A DNA stretch of 64,000 nucleotides. Origin: Nemertoderma westbladi (taxonomy: Eukaryota > Animalia > Xenacoelomorpha). The stretch lies in assembly GCA_032718475.1 (NCBI GenBank), contig JAUCBJ010006660.1, positions 41,379 to 105,378 on the forward strand, written 5' to 3'. Under the pieces are notes generated by a model that searched no databases, was not told the origin of the DNA, and saw nothing but the letters and a program-made list of their open reading frames with translations. Positions 37,549-50,086 of this stretch are shown here, piece after piece. Made by a program: the position numbers and the translations under genes. The number at the start of each line of letters is the position of its first letter. Position 1 is the stretch's first letter.

Positions 37549-39631
37549 GGTACTTCCAGTACAAGTACATTAGTATTATTTCGATTGTGATCTATAGTAT
37601 ATTGTAGGCTGCCAGGGGAATAGGGATTGATCACCCCTCATTCTTTTGTATAGTTTACTTATTTCTGTCAGTTTTATTTCCTAGTAAGTTAATATTGAGC
37701 AGAAGGCGTGTAACCCTGCTCAGATTGTTCAGATAACTGTAGGCCGGACTGTTGTCGGATTGTTGTTGGGTTTGGAGGAATTGCGGCGTGTGTAGAGTTT
37801 GTCTGATAAAGTGCCAGTTAGTAAGTTGGGGCAGCCATAGCTGTAAGGTCAATCCCCTCTTAAAGAATAAGTCGTACTACCATGTTAGAACGCATACTAA
37901 CTAACCATTTTGGAATCTGCACATACTGTAGTTTATTTAGGCTTGACAGTATTCTGCCAGCGTTTTGGCCTGTGTTTGTTTGTGTGGTCTGTTCAGGTAC
38001 CGTAATAGTTATTACTCAGATATTTTGTAGGCTGGATTGTTGTCTAGCTATTATTAGGTCTGAAGAGATTGCTGCGTGTGTAGAGTTTGTCTGATAAAGT
38101 GCCAGTTAGTAAGTTGGGGCAGCCAGAGCTGTAAGGTCAATCCCCTCTTAAAGAATAAGTCGTACTACCGTGTTAGAACGCATACTAACTAACCATTTTG
38201 GAATCTGCACATCTGTAGTTTATTTAGGCTTGATGGTAGTCTGCCAGCGTTTGGTTTGTATTTTGTTTGAGTATTCTGTACGGGTAGCGTAATATTTATT
38301 ATTCAGAGTTTATGCGATTATTCGCAACATTCATGTCCCCAAGTTTATTCCTACAGTAATTGTGCTTGTTATACATACCGTTATAGTTAAATTAACCCCG
38401 GTACTACACGGGCTGCTTGGCGTAGGTAAAGACTGGTGACTTTGTGCTCCGGTCACTCCAGCAGATGCCGTGGTTCTTTTAACTGTTCAAGTATATTTAA
38501 CTACTGATTATTTGTTGTACCAGTACTTGTACCTAATTTAGGGTTTAGTGTACAGTGCTTTCCGAAGGTAATTAGTGTATAGGCAGTATATTTGTGTTTT
38601 AAAGTGGTTAATAGGCACGTTGGATCTGGTAGTCCGCGGTAATTAACTTCCAGGTAGGAACACTCCGTGATACATAACGTAGTACCTATAGCGATACGGC
38701 TATAGGTCGTCAGGCGGTGGTATTTTCCTATCTGGACAGTGCAATATATTTACTACTACTTATTATTTTCAAATACCGTAGTACCCTGTCCGTTGTAATA
38801 ACCAGAAGTTCTAACCCTTTGTTAGACTGGTTTGTAGACTTCCTGTAAAATTACCCTAAAATTTCGTACGTAATATTTTTGTTGTGTTTAATTAGAGATT
38901 TAATCTCACCCGTATCGTAAGTAATTTGTAGTATTAAGTAACTTAGGTAAATTAGAATAATCTGTTTTAGTGTCCCATAAGTAGCACTTCACTGAGAGCG
39001 TACAGCTTCTGTGTAGTGACCCCCCAGAAATAATAACATTTATTTCAAATATTGACAAAACCCATTTTAAACGGGTATATATATATTATAAATCAACTCA
39101 AACGATTTATGAATAGTAGGCCTGCCATACAACACTTAGGTCTTAATATCAGTTGGACTGCTGCTCAAATAACGGTAATAAAGTAAGTAAAGTAACCAAG
39201 TAACCCCTAACATTCAGAAATTCAGTTATTTTTAAAATAATTGACATACCGGTATTTACAATAGGCTTATTATATTTATTCTATAAATTTAGGCTGAAAT
39301 CATACCGGTATTCTGTAATTAATTCTAGTCTGTAATAATTATACTTATATATACTATAAGTGTCAGCTGTATACCGGTATTCACGATAGGCCTATTATAT
39401 ATTTATATATATTTGTGCTAAATTTATATACCGGTACTCTGTGACAAATCTAGTCTGTAATAATACTTATATATATACTATAAGCATACCGGTATTCTAA
39501 TATATTATATATATATCACGCTACACTGAGTAGCAGTATCGGTAATTAATTATTAGGCTAACAGTGATACTGAATTACTAGACTTGCTTTAACTGTAATA
39601 TAGCAGTAGGCATTCAACTGTACAATCAAAC

Positions 39632-42600
39632 ATGGCTGACACAAGGCAAACTCTGTCAGATAGTCTCCTAGAAACAACAGCCTGTTTCTCAGATCAAAGT
39701 GTAGAGAATCCCAGACCGAGGTCTGAAACCCCTCATACTGTAAGAAGGGCAACCCCTGCAGTGGTTGTGTCAGAACCTAGGTTGGTAGAAGCTATTTCGC
39801 AATTTGTGAAGTCAGTGAAGCGCCGTTGGTCTGCCATAGGCACTCGGGCCCAAGTCAAGCGGGATCAAGAAGAAGCTATAAAACAGCAGCAACCTCCTAG
39901 CCAAGAACCTAGTTCTCAGCGGCCCGATAGCTACAGTAGTTCGGATACTGTTGAGCGGACGCCCGAACGCGGAGCGAAGATGGCGGATACGGTTTATGAT
40001 GAGCGGCCAACCTATGAAGAATCAACCGACGCCACTTCTTCTCAAGTGGAAAGCGAGGTGGAAAGCGAAGTGGAAAGCGAATTAACAGCAGCAGAGAAGC
40101 CGCGAACTAGAGACGCCATTGACATCTATCTGTCAGACTATCAGCGATTCATAGGAGACGAAGAGTTGAGGAGACGGCTGTCTGGACTTTCCCCTAATAG
40201 TGAAGGAACCAAGCTTGTGTTGGACTCAATCGATGCTGAAATGTTAGCTGCAAACCAAGCTAAATTTGATGAAAAACTTCGCCTCGCTAGAGTCCAGGAA
40301 GAAGAAGTAAAGAAAAGGCGGATAGAGGACCGAAAAGCAGCGGTAATGGCAGAAGCAGAAGCAGAAAGAAAGGCGGCAAAGGCAATCGCAGAAGCAGAAG
40401 CGGAAAGAAAGGAGGCAGCGGCAATGGCAGAAGCAGAAGCAGAAAGAAAGGCGGCAAAGGAAGTAGCAGAAGCAGAACGGAGAGCGTCTGAGGAGACCAC
40501 ACAACTGGAGTTGGAAAATCTTCAAGAGATGCAAGACAACATAAATAAACAGTTAACTGCTAGTCACATGCAGATGATGAGAAGATCTACTCCCAAACGC
40601 CAGGGATACACATCATCGGAGGAAAGCGAAACCACCGATCCTGAAGGCGGAGGAAATAGATCTCGTCTAAGCAGGCGTAGAAAAACATCTCACCGTCACA
40701 AATTGCCTGAATTGCCCCCAGCGGTTAGAAGACAACTAGCTAGCACAGACTTAGGTAGTACAGAACCCACAGAACAAATTATTCAGGTCAAAGGACTCCC
40801 TACAATAGTTGATGAGCCTGAAATAATTGGGCCTGTCGTTCCCAAAGCCACTCCTGTGCTAGAGACCCCTGTACTTCCAGAGCTTAACTCTAAATTCCCT
40901 TTACACAGTACTACACTGCCTGTACCCGGTAGAACAGTCCATGAGAATATCCCTGTCCTGGAAGCTGAGAGAGAAATCAAAGATTTGTCTCCCGTCGTCC
41001 CACGTCAGCCCGCTACAATGTTGGCGACTCCCGCTTCGGCGGTCGAGTGGGTAGAGGAGGGACGGCGGGGGATGAATCTCCTGCTCGGACAGATGCAGGA
41101 GACTGTCTACCAACTTAAGGGAACAGTAAGGGAAGGTAGGGCAGAATTGCAAGAAGTGCAGCAAAGTATCGCGCTGGAACGCGACAAATTAGTCAATATA
41201 CAAAAGGGTATACCAATATCCCCAGTAACATTGTGTCAACCTGTTAGGTCTGAAGTATTACATGCGCAAGGTGTGGAGCCTACACGCATCTATACTGCTA
41301 GTGAAGTAGAAACTCCTATAGCAAACCCTATTAAGGGTGATTATAAACCTGTTGTAAATGATATTCCCTATAGACCTGATAATAATCCGAGAAATTTATA
41401 TACCGATAATTCGATATTAAATAACACGATGGCCCAAGAAAGCTTTACGCGTCAGATGGCTAGAACAGAAGCCCGCCAAGCGGTCAAAGTGGGAGAGATC
41501 GTCAAATTCAATGGAGATGAGATGAAATGGTTACCTTTCAATGAATATTACAAAGATAGTATACAGAACTCTGTACTATCTAATGGAGAGAAACTTAGAT
41601 TCCTCATCAAGTGCTTGGAAGGACCTCCCAAGTTAATGGCGTTAAAGTTTATTGGACATCCAGAAGGATTAAGACAAGTTTGGGATACATTAAACATCAG
41701 GTATGGTAACAAGGATAACATAGCTAAGTATTTGTATGCAAAATTAGTAGCCCCCCGAAACTTCCTTAGTAGCGGGATTATAGAGTTTTCCGATGAGATT
41801 CAGGAGATCTGTAGACAATTGGACTGGTTAGGTAAGTCTCATGAATATCAGAGTTCCATGGTTATTGGAGCCGTAGTCTCTACTTTGCCAAAGGGTGGAG
41901 TATGTACACGCTGGGACAAGAAAGTGTTGTATATGAATGAGCAGCAACGACGAAGCCCTACCATGGCTGATCTCATGTCCTTCTTAGATAGTGAAGTAAA
42001 ATTACAACTCATAAAGCAGTCCAGAGAGAAAACATCGGAAAGTAAGGTAAGCGAGAAACCCGTTTCTAGGAGAAGGATAATACCAGTGTGTTATACTGAC
42101 GACGGCGAAAGCCAAGCTTCTCAAGAAGAGGACAGCGGGAAAGACACAGCAAAATCTTACTATGACAACAAGACCTATAAAGACGTAAGTAAATATAAGT
42201 CTCGAACCAGTGACAGGAGAGAACAGGTAACAACAACTCCTCCTACGTCTCCTAAGAGAATTCACGGAAGAAAGCCCGAAGAAAGAACGAGAGTGCATCA
42301 AGTTACCCAAGGTAAAGTGAGTAACATCAAACCAAACTGTGCGCTGTGCGACGGGCCCCACCGTTTGAGTGCGTGTGCTGAATTTCTAAAGAAATCCCTT
42401 GTAGACAGACGTGCAGTCATGTGGGATAAGCGGTTATGCTATAATTGCCTCAGACAAGGACACCAACGGCAAACCTGTTACTCCGACGTAAGGTGTGCAA
42501 AGTGCGGTGCGAAACATCACATCTTGTTACACAGTGAATTCGAACGAAACAACCCGAGTCAGGTAAGTGAGCCCGAACTACATGTCCAATTCAGTGATGT

Positions 42601-42919
42601 AAATGACACTGATCAAGAGTCTGAGATGGAAGGATTCTATACTGACGAATTCTCCGACGCCAACGAATCCTGTTACCTAATCAATACCGCGGTGTATCGA
42701 GCACTTACTTACGAAAAGGACACCGACAATGAGTTCCCCCCAACTACCTTTGACAGACAACCATCTTGGAAACCTCCAACTTCCAACGTAGGAATCAGAG
42801 AATTTCCTGTAGTGCAGGTAAGAGTTCACGGTCCTACCAAAAGTTACATAGTGAACGCCCTCCTTGACTCCGGCAGCACAGGAACATTCATCGATCAAGA
42901 ACTAGCCGAAGACATCTTT
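39632..42919 (+). CDS. gag: A2 Gag and N-terminal protease, open up to the B insertion
   Basis: 1118-aa ORF highly similar to A1; breaks at ELAEDIF shortly after the DSG catalytic motif. Confidence 0.9.
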
Positions 42920-44939
42920 TGTGACGGGATCTACGGATCCCGGTTTATCCGTTGGGTTTTCTATCCACGCGTCCCCGCCGTTGTGTGAAAGGTAAAATAG
43001 TTCTGGTGTCCGGTTATATGTATAAGGTATAATAGTCTGATATATATATAGTATAGTATGGCACAGTCACCGGTAGATAAGTATGATGGCGGTAGCGGAC
43101 AGTGATAGAAGTCACCGTTCCACCCTACTGAACTAACTGAGTAAACTGAATGAATATGATTACAGGTTACTGGTTATATTGCACGGTGGCCTTATTGCTA
43201 CTCAATCGATGCCTTTCCCCCCTCTGATTGGTTAATACCCCTGTTGGCACCCTTTGGAGTGTTTCCCTTCACTCCCTGTGTTCTCTCTCGGTTAGGGGTT
43301 TGGCCCCTGACCCCTATTGTGTGTGTCTCCTTTGGGGCCTATTGTCCCCGTTTACTGGGCTGACACGAGGTTGATTGGTAATCAACCTCGTGCTCCCAAT
43401 ATTGCTTTATGGCTCACTCTATGGGTTTGTGTTAGCGGAATTGGATAAGCTAACACTCCCCCCCATGCTATCTTCCCGGTGAGAAGATAGCATCCAACCA
43501 AAGTGCGCTACAATTCCGCTGGATCCCGATCTAACATCGGGTGTGGGGTGGGTATATTTTTTCGGAGTCGGCTTTCCAGGCCGCTCCCTATGGGTATGAT
43601 GTCACTACCCTCTGGCGTCTCGTGTCGGGCCGATCGTGCGCTTCTCTCACACAATTTTTGTTTCCCCAACACTCTCACCACTCTACTCCAACTCTCGCAT
43701 ACTCCCGGACCTCCTCGTCCCACACTCTTCCTCTCACTTCTCCTCCCCCACACTTGAATTGCGCCCACGCTCTCTTCGCACTCCGCACTATTACTCCATC
43801 CCTCCTTGACTACCTTATCCCTTCTGACGAATCTCACCCCCCCTCCGTGCCGTCGCACTCAGGAAATGTGAAATCGTCTGGCGTCTTGTCCCTAGTGCCA
43901 TAGTCACTTAGCCCCCCAGTCCCAGTAGCTAATTGAGAAAGGTTGTATGACTATAGTACTTACACCACTATCTCCGCACTCCGCACTATCACCTCTCCAC
44001 TCTCTTGTCACTCCCTAAGGCTTTAATCTCTAATGCTACCCCTGTGCTATCATACTATCTACCTACTGCTTACTAACTCTAACTATCTAACTAACTCTGC
44101 TAACTACTAACTCTTACTACTTCTAGCTCTAACTGAGAGCCTCTAACTTTCTACTGACTCTAACTCTCTACTAAGTCTAACTAACTCCTACTAACTTTCT
44201 ACTTCTACTAACTCTACTTGACTCCTCTGAGTCTACCAACTCTGCTAACTAGCTCTACTAACTCTACTCCACTAGCTCTGCTAACTCTACTCCACTAGCT
44301 CTGCTAACTCTACTAACTAGCTCTACTAACTCTACTCCACTCTTCTAACTACGTGGCGCTTGCGGTGCCCACAACCACTCTACTATATGGCACCCTATGT
44401 GCCCTCTCTGCTCTACTCTACTACCTGGCACCCTATGTGCCCTCTCTACTACACTACTACCTCTCTACCTCTACTACCTGGCACCCTATGTGCCCTCTCT
44501 ACTCTTCTACTACCTGGCACCCAATGTGCCCGTCTCTACTGCTCTACTCCCCCTTTACGTCTCATCGCCTACACGTGACGCTCTGAGTGCCGGCAGAGTG
44601 GGTACGTTAATTATGTGAACTACTACTGACTCTACTAACTCTACTAACTCTCTTCTAACTCTACTAACTCTTTTTGTGTCCGGCACCTCTTGTGCCCGGC
44701 ACCTTCTAACTCTACTAACTCTTTTTGTGCCCGGCACCTCTTGTGCCCGGCACCTTCTAACTCTACTAACCTCCTTTTGTGCCCGGCACCTCTTGTGCCC
44801 GGCACCCACCCTAATTAACATACCCTGCTCTTACATCAAACACCTCATCACGCCCGTGCCCCACTAAGTTCAGCGCATTCCCTACTAACTCTAACTACGT
44901 GGCGCTTCCGGTGCCCACAACCCTTCTACTGCTACTACT

Positions 44940-45675
44940 AACACTCCTAACTAGCGGTACTACGTACCCTCTTACTACTCTAGCTCTCTCTACTAGCTAG
45001 CGGTACAACGTACCCTCTTACTACTCTAGCTCTCTCTACTAGCTAGCGGTACTACGTACCCTCTTACTCTTACTCTTACTAACTCTCTCTACTCTTACTA
45101 ACCGGTACTACGTACCTTCTAACTCTTACTCTTACTAACTCTCTAACGGTACTGCGTACCCTCTAACTCTAACTCTAACTAGCGGTACTACGTACCCTCT
45201 AACTCTAACTCTAACTAGCGGTACTACGTACCCTCTAACTCTAACTAACTCTAGGTACTACGTACCCTCTAACTCTTACTCTAACTAGCGGTATTACGTA
45301 CCCTCTAACTCTTACTCTAACTAGCGGTACTACGTACCCTCTCACTACTCCAACTCCACTAACTGACGCTACTACGTACCCTCTAACTCTTACTCGAACT
45401 AGCGGTACTTACGTACCCTCTAACTCTAACTAACTAGCGGTACTCACGTACCCTCTAACTCTCTTCTACTAACGGTACTACACGTACCCTCCTACTAACT
45501 CTTCTACTAACGGTACTACACGTACCCTCCTACTAACTCTTCTACTAACGGTACTACACGTACCCTCCTACTAACCCTTCTACTAACGGTACTACACGTA
45601 CCCTCCTACTAACTCTTCTACTAACGGTACTACGTACCCTCTAACTCTTGCTCTCTAACGGTACTACGTACCACC
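44940..45675. repeat. Tandem array of ggtactacgtacc cores separated by ctaact-type spacers in the 3' region of B
   Basis: About 19 units of 30-45 bp such as ctagcggtactacgtaccctctaactctaact. Confidence 0.9.
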
Positions 45676-45741
45676 CTTTAACTAACTAACTAACTCTTAC
45701 TACCTAACTTCTACCTACTCTATTATTTAATTATTTTTTAA

Positions 45742-47526
45742 TTAAATAATTATTTTATATTTTGTGCGTGGGAAGGGCGTCTCGCCCTCATTCCCACCCC
45801 CCTCAGTCCAAAACTTTGGACGACTAAAAACTCTCAGGTGCCCCTTCTTCCAGTAGGCACTCTCCTGCTGCCCTCCTATACGTCCTCTAACTCTTCGCCA
45901 CACTCTCTTCGGTGCCACCTTTGCTGGCCTCCCCCTTCGTATGTGCGCTGGCATTAGAGCCCTCGACGACCCCCGCTCGTCCCTCGGTATACGCGGTGTC
46001 TGCCCATGTAATGCCCCCTCGCACTGTGTCCGTCCTGCGTGTGTATGCAACACGCCTCCTTCTACTTTCCCGACTCCTTTATGTTTGCTAATGGGCTTCT
46101 CTGCCCCTGGTTTAGTCCTTTCATATCCTCTCCCTTTCCAACACTCTCCGGATCTGTGTCCTTTTACCACACATCGATGACATAGTCCGTTTGCGTCTGT
46201 GTAGGCTACACGATCTCGTTTGGGCAACGCTTGCCAGTACTTGCAACTCCTGGTCTTATGGGTTCCGTCCCGATGTAATTGACATTGGAATCCTGGATTA
46301 TAGCGTTTCCTGTATAGTCCTTCACGTATCGCGCTTAGGTTTATATGTACCGATTTAATGTTTTGGTTGTCTAGACTCGGCCTACTGGGTATATTGGGAT
46401 TGTGTTTATTTTTGGTGTTATTTTCTTTCTGTTCCTGCCACGGTGTGGCCCTGCTACCAGCTAACTGTGGACTAGCAGTCCCCTGTATGGCCGCGTGTGG
46501 TATCGACTGTCCGCACGACCTTCTCTCGTCCAAGGGGTCCGATGTTCTTGCTCCTATTGGGGTATATTGTTGATATTGTGATGGGGGAATGTCACCCTGT
46601 CCCCCCCCAGCCGGTATGTTTGGTACTGGGGTTGATGTTAATGTATTGGGGCCCATACATCTATCTCCAATAACTCTCCCCTCCCCTGGATATATGTTAT
46701 GTCCCTGTGTATTATAGTCATGCTGCTGTACCGATATAGGCCTACCCACTTCTTGCCTACCTACCGGTATGTACTCCGCGGCTCCTGGGTTTAACCCCGT
46801 CGCTCGCGCTACCCCATCGCCTACTCTATCCCTCCCAGCATGGCCTATAATAGTATGTGCAGTAAGGCCTACAGTATGTCCTGCAGTCTGCATGTGCCCT
46901 TTCGAACCGAAGTTTAATCTTCGCGAATCTCGAATCTCCCGGCGACTACCGCACTCTCGATCGGCAGCTATATCCCGTCGGGAAGCTTCTCTCCGATCCC
47001 CTCTCCTGTTCTCGACTCTGTATTGGTACGTCTTGTACCCCTCTCTTGGCGTCCGGTGCGTTTCTCCGGGGCGACGGCAATCTCCCGAAGTTCGACCCCA
47101 CTGGCTCCCTGACTCCATCTCTACTATCGACGGTTCGTTATCCGTCCTCGCACTCCTATCATTCGTGGCGACACTTCTTCTACTATCTTCTCTTCTTCTC
47201 TTTTCTGTGTAGTATTCCGGCTCGTGAGGTCTCTCGTCGACCTCCCGGTTAAACTCCACTCTTCTTCCTCCCTCTTCTAATCGGGCTCGACGCTTCGTCT
47301 GCCCTCTCGCGACGTCAACCTGCCTCTCTCTACTCGATCGCACGCCGCTGGGGATACTCGCAATCCCCCTATTACTCTCCGTCGCCGGGTGTTGCGGTTT
47401 ACCTAGCTCGGCCCGCGCATTATCCGCTGACGGCTGTGGGACACTCTCTGCCCCCCCCTCTCTCTCCACTAACTTCTCGCGGTGGGGTGTCGGTAGCCCC
47501 CCCCCACCCGCCACTTCTAACTTCAC
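45742..47526 (-). CDS. B gag-derived ORF, C-terminal part with zinc-knuckle-like motifs
   Basis: CQLHRDGTHKTRSC and CHRCVVKGHRSGEC; homologous to C gag pieces. Confidence 0.6.
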   Translation of the reverse strand: MKLEVAGGGGLPTPHREKLVEREGGAESVPQPSADNARAELGKPQHPATESNRGIASIPSGVRSSRERQVDVARGQTKRRARLEEGGRRVEFNREVDERPHEPEYYTEKRRREDSRRSVATNDRSARTDNEPSIVEMESGSQWGRTSGDCRRPGETHRTPREGYKTYQYRVENRRGDRREASRRDIAADRECGSRREIRDSRRLNFGSKGHMQTAGHTVGLTAHTIIGHAGRDRVGDGVARATGLNPGAAEYIPVGRQEVGRPISVQQHDYNTQGHNIYPGEGRVIGDRCMGPNTLTSTPVPNIPAGGGQGDIPPSQYQQYTPIGARTSDPLDERRSCGQSIPHAAIQGTASPQLAGSRATPWQEQKENNTKNKHNPNIPSRPSLDNQNIKSVHINLSAIREGLYRKRYNPGFQCQLHRDGTHKTRSCKYWQALPKRDRVAYTDANGLCHRCVVKGHRSGECWKGRGYERTKPGAEKPISKHKGVGKVEGGVLHTHAGRTQCEGALHGQTPRIPRDERGSSRALMPAHIRRGRPAKVAPKRVWRRVRGRIGGQQESAYWKKGHLRVFSRPKFWTEGGGNEGETPFPRTKYKIII

Positions 47527-49423
47527 TATTTCTTACTATACCCCTCTTGTGGGGCATTCTCTGCCCCCCCTCTCTCGCCACTAATCTTATGTGGTGGGGC
47601 GCCGGCAGCCCCCCCCCCCACTCGCCACATCTAACTTCACTATCTCTCACTTCGTCTCTACACCCCTCTCTAGTCGACGCACTGTCTCTACTACGGCTGG
47701 GTCTATTCACCCCCGCCTCTCTCTCTACTACTGCGTGGCCCATCAGGCCTACTTCGGGTTGGCTCAACCCCGCTTCCCCCTGCCTACCAACTACGTGGCC
47801 TACCAGGCCGCCGTGGGGTTGGCTCAACCCTGCCACCTCCTGCCTACTAACTACGTGGCCTACCAGGCCACCGTCTGCCGGGTTATGTACGTCCGACACG
47901 CTCATATTAATAGCACCATTCCCAATATTATTTGTTAAATCAATTAAATTATTAGAATTTGAAACGGGATTATTATTTAAATTATTTAAATTACTTAGAT
48001 CACTACTATTCTCTAAACTTAAATTATTATTCGAATTATTTTTCGGGTTTGAATTGAAATTATTATTTAGAGTATTTGTATTTAAATTTAAATTACTACT
48101 ACCCGGTAAAATATTATTTCCTGTAATAAAGGGATTAGGGTTATTTACTACGGTACTATTAACATTAACTGTCTCTAACGTACTACTACTACACCCCCCG
48201 CCCGTACGGCTACACCAGTTCTGGCTCTCTCGCCCGGTGCCTGTAAGTGGGGGCTCCCTCTCTGATATTTTCAACCGCGACAGTTCTAGTCGGCGCTGTT
48301 TTAGTTTGGCCCGATATTGCACAAACTTCCCTATCCGGGCACACAAATCATCCCGCTCACGCTCACCCTCTATTTCTCTCTCTCTGCACTCTCGTATGTT
48401 TCGCTCGGCCGTCTCTCTCGCAAGCATCTCAGATCGACTCGCCGCCCAATCTCTACGCTCCTCGGCTCCCTTTCTATCCTCCCTTGTCCGCTCTAAAGAT
48501 GCGATTTTATCCCTCAGTCGCCACTCTAACTGTCTCTGCTCCCACGCCGCCTCTTCTATTTTAAACATCAGTTTTACCTTCCACACCCCTCTTTCTTTTG
48601 CGGAGGATGTAGCAGACTTATCGGTTGCGACGGACTCCCGTCGCCCCTCCGTCCTACCAACTTTCCCCCGCCTCCCGGAACTTCCTCCGACCGACGAGAC
48701 CGAATCCTCGGGTTTAGCCTCGGATTCGCCCTCCTCAGGTCTCTTCCAACCCACTAATTTTGCTCCCCGGGCATCGACTAAGTATGGCCCTATGTACACT
48801 ACACTAGGCTCCATACCCCCACATTCCCATAGTTCAAACAGTCCGAAGGCAACTCCCCACGCCCTCTCCTCGGCTAGTTCTCTCTGCCCAGAACACACTA
48901 GGTGATCAAGGTATCTGTTCGACTCACCTAGTCGTCTCCTCAGTCTCACCTCGTCTATCTTCGCCCCCTCCTTGGCCTCCTTTAGTAGTTCCCGGGTTGC
49001 GTTGTAGGCCCGTCGAAGTCGATCAGAAACCCCGACGTCCTCGTCGCCGACCTCTCCTCTGTCTCTCCGGGTCCGACGTCGTACCGGCGGCTCCACCGTT
49101 GCCGTTCCGGTGGGCCGTCCGTCGCCCTCGGCCTGTGGCGGGCCAGCGACATCGGTACGTCGACCCTCGCTCCGCGTCGACTCGTCTTTCTCTTCTCCTC
49201 TCGACTCGATCTCTCTACTCGACTCGCTCTCTCCTGGTAGACGACCCCCCACATCTTGGTTCGCCGTGTTGCTCGTTATCGACGTGGCGTCAACCTGCGT
49301 CGACGTGGTCGGCGTAGCATCGACCGGCGTCGTGGGTTCGTATCGTCTCGCCGTGGCCTCGCGGATCGTTAGGTCTCCGTCCGGGGTGCGCGGCGGTGTC
49401 GTTCCTCTCTCTCGACTCATCAT
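47420..49423 (-). CDS. B gag-derived ORF, N-terminal part (charged coiled-coil, Asn-rich tract)
   Basis: 667-aa ORF homologous to C 62968-63396 (SDRLRRAYNAT..LLKEAKEG); overlaps the next ORF across poly-G runs. Confidence 0.6.
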   Translation of the reverse strand: MMSRERGTTPPRTPDGDLTIREATARRYEPTTPVDATPTTSTQVDATSITSNTANQDVGGRLPGESESSREIESRGEEKDESTRSEGRRTDVAGPPQAEGDGRPTGTATVEPPVRRRTRRDRGEVGDEDVGVSDRLRRAYNATRELLKEAKEGAKIDEVRLRRRLGESNRYLDHLVCSGQRELAEERAWGVAFGLFELWECGGMEPSVVYIGPYLVDARGAKLVGWKRPEEGESEAKPEDSVSSVGGSSGRRGKVGRTEGRRESVATDKSATSSAKERGVWKVKLMFKIEEAAWEQRQLEWRLRDKIASLERTREDRKGAEERRDWAASRSEMLARETAERNIRECREREIEGERERDDLCARIGKFVQYRAKLKQRRLELSRLKISEREPPLTGTGRESQNWCSRTGGGCSSSTLETVNVNSTVVNNPNPFITGNNILPGSSNLNLNTNTLNNNFNSNPKNNSNNNLSLENSSDLSNLNNLNNNPVSNSNNLIDLTNNIGNGAINMSVSDVHNPADGGLVGHVVSRQEVAGLSQPHGGLVGHVVGRQGEAGLSQPEVGLMGHAVVEREAGVNRPSRSRDSASTREGCRDEVRDSEVRCGEWGGGLPAPHHIRLVAREGGQRMPHKRGIVRNSEVRSGGWGGATDTPPREVSGERGGGRECPTAVSG

Positions 49424-50086
49424 CGTCTTTGGTGTCTGGCAGCCACAGTCTGTCAGTTGGTTCGATCTAGTTCTATCACTGTCAGACTGTTAGGGCAGCT
49501 GCTAGGATTCTATCTCTGTCAGGGCAGCTGGGCGGATCTGATTCTATCACTGTGACGGGATCTACGGATCCCGGTTTATCCGTTGGGTTTTCTATCCACG
49601 CGTCCCCGCCGTTGTGTGAAAGGTAAAATAGTTCTGGTGTCCGGTTATATGTATAAGGTATAATAGTCTGATATATATATAGTATAGTATGGCACAGTCA
49701 CCGGTAGATAAGTATGATGGCGGTAGCGGACGGTGATAGAAGTCACCGTTCCACCCTACTGAACTAACTGAGTAAACTGAATGAATATGATTACAGGTTA
49801 CTGGTTATATTGCACAGTGGCCTTATTGCTACTCAATCGATGCCTTTCCCCCCTCTGATTGGTTAATACCCCTGTTGGCACCCTTTGGAGTGTTTCCCTT
49901 CACTCCCTGTGTTCTCTCTCGGTTAGGGGTTTGGCCCCTGACCCCTATTGTGTGTGTCTCCTTTGGGGCCTATTGTCCCCGTTTACTGGGCTGACACGAG
50001 GTTGATTGGTAATCAACCTCGTGCTCCCAATATTGCTTTATGGCTCACTCTATGGGTTAGTGTTAGCGGAATTGGATAAGCTAACA

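Larger units (their letters stand above)
42920..50086 (-). mobile_element. Non-autonomous LTR element B (relative of C), 7.2 kb, gag-derived ORFs only
   Basis: 536-bp LTRs at 42920-43455 and 49551-50086 (3 differences by eye); TSD tcttt; minus-strand PPT gggggggag next to 43455. Confidence 0.93.

Noticed and set aside
44040-44350. Telomeric repeat array
   Set aside because: Irregular ctaact/ctact units inside an LTR element, not canonical TTAGGG or TTAGG
47436-48905. 489-aa plus-strand ORF in B as an antisense gene
   Set aside because: Mirror of a GC-rich, low-complexity gag frame, non-ATG start, no motifs, not preserved as one ORF in C
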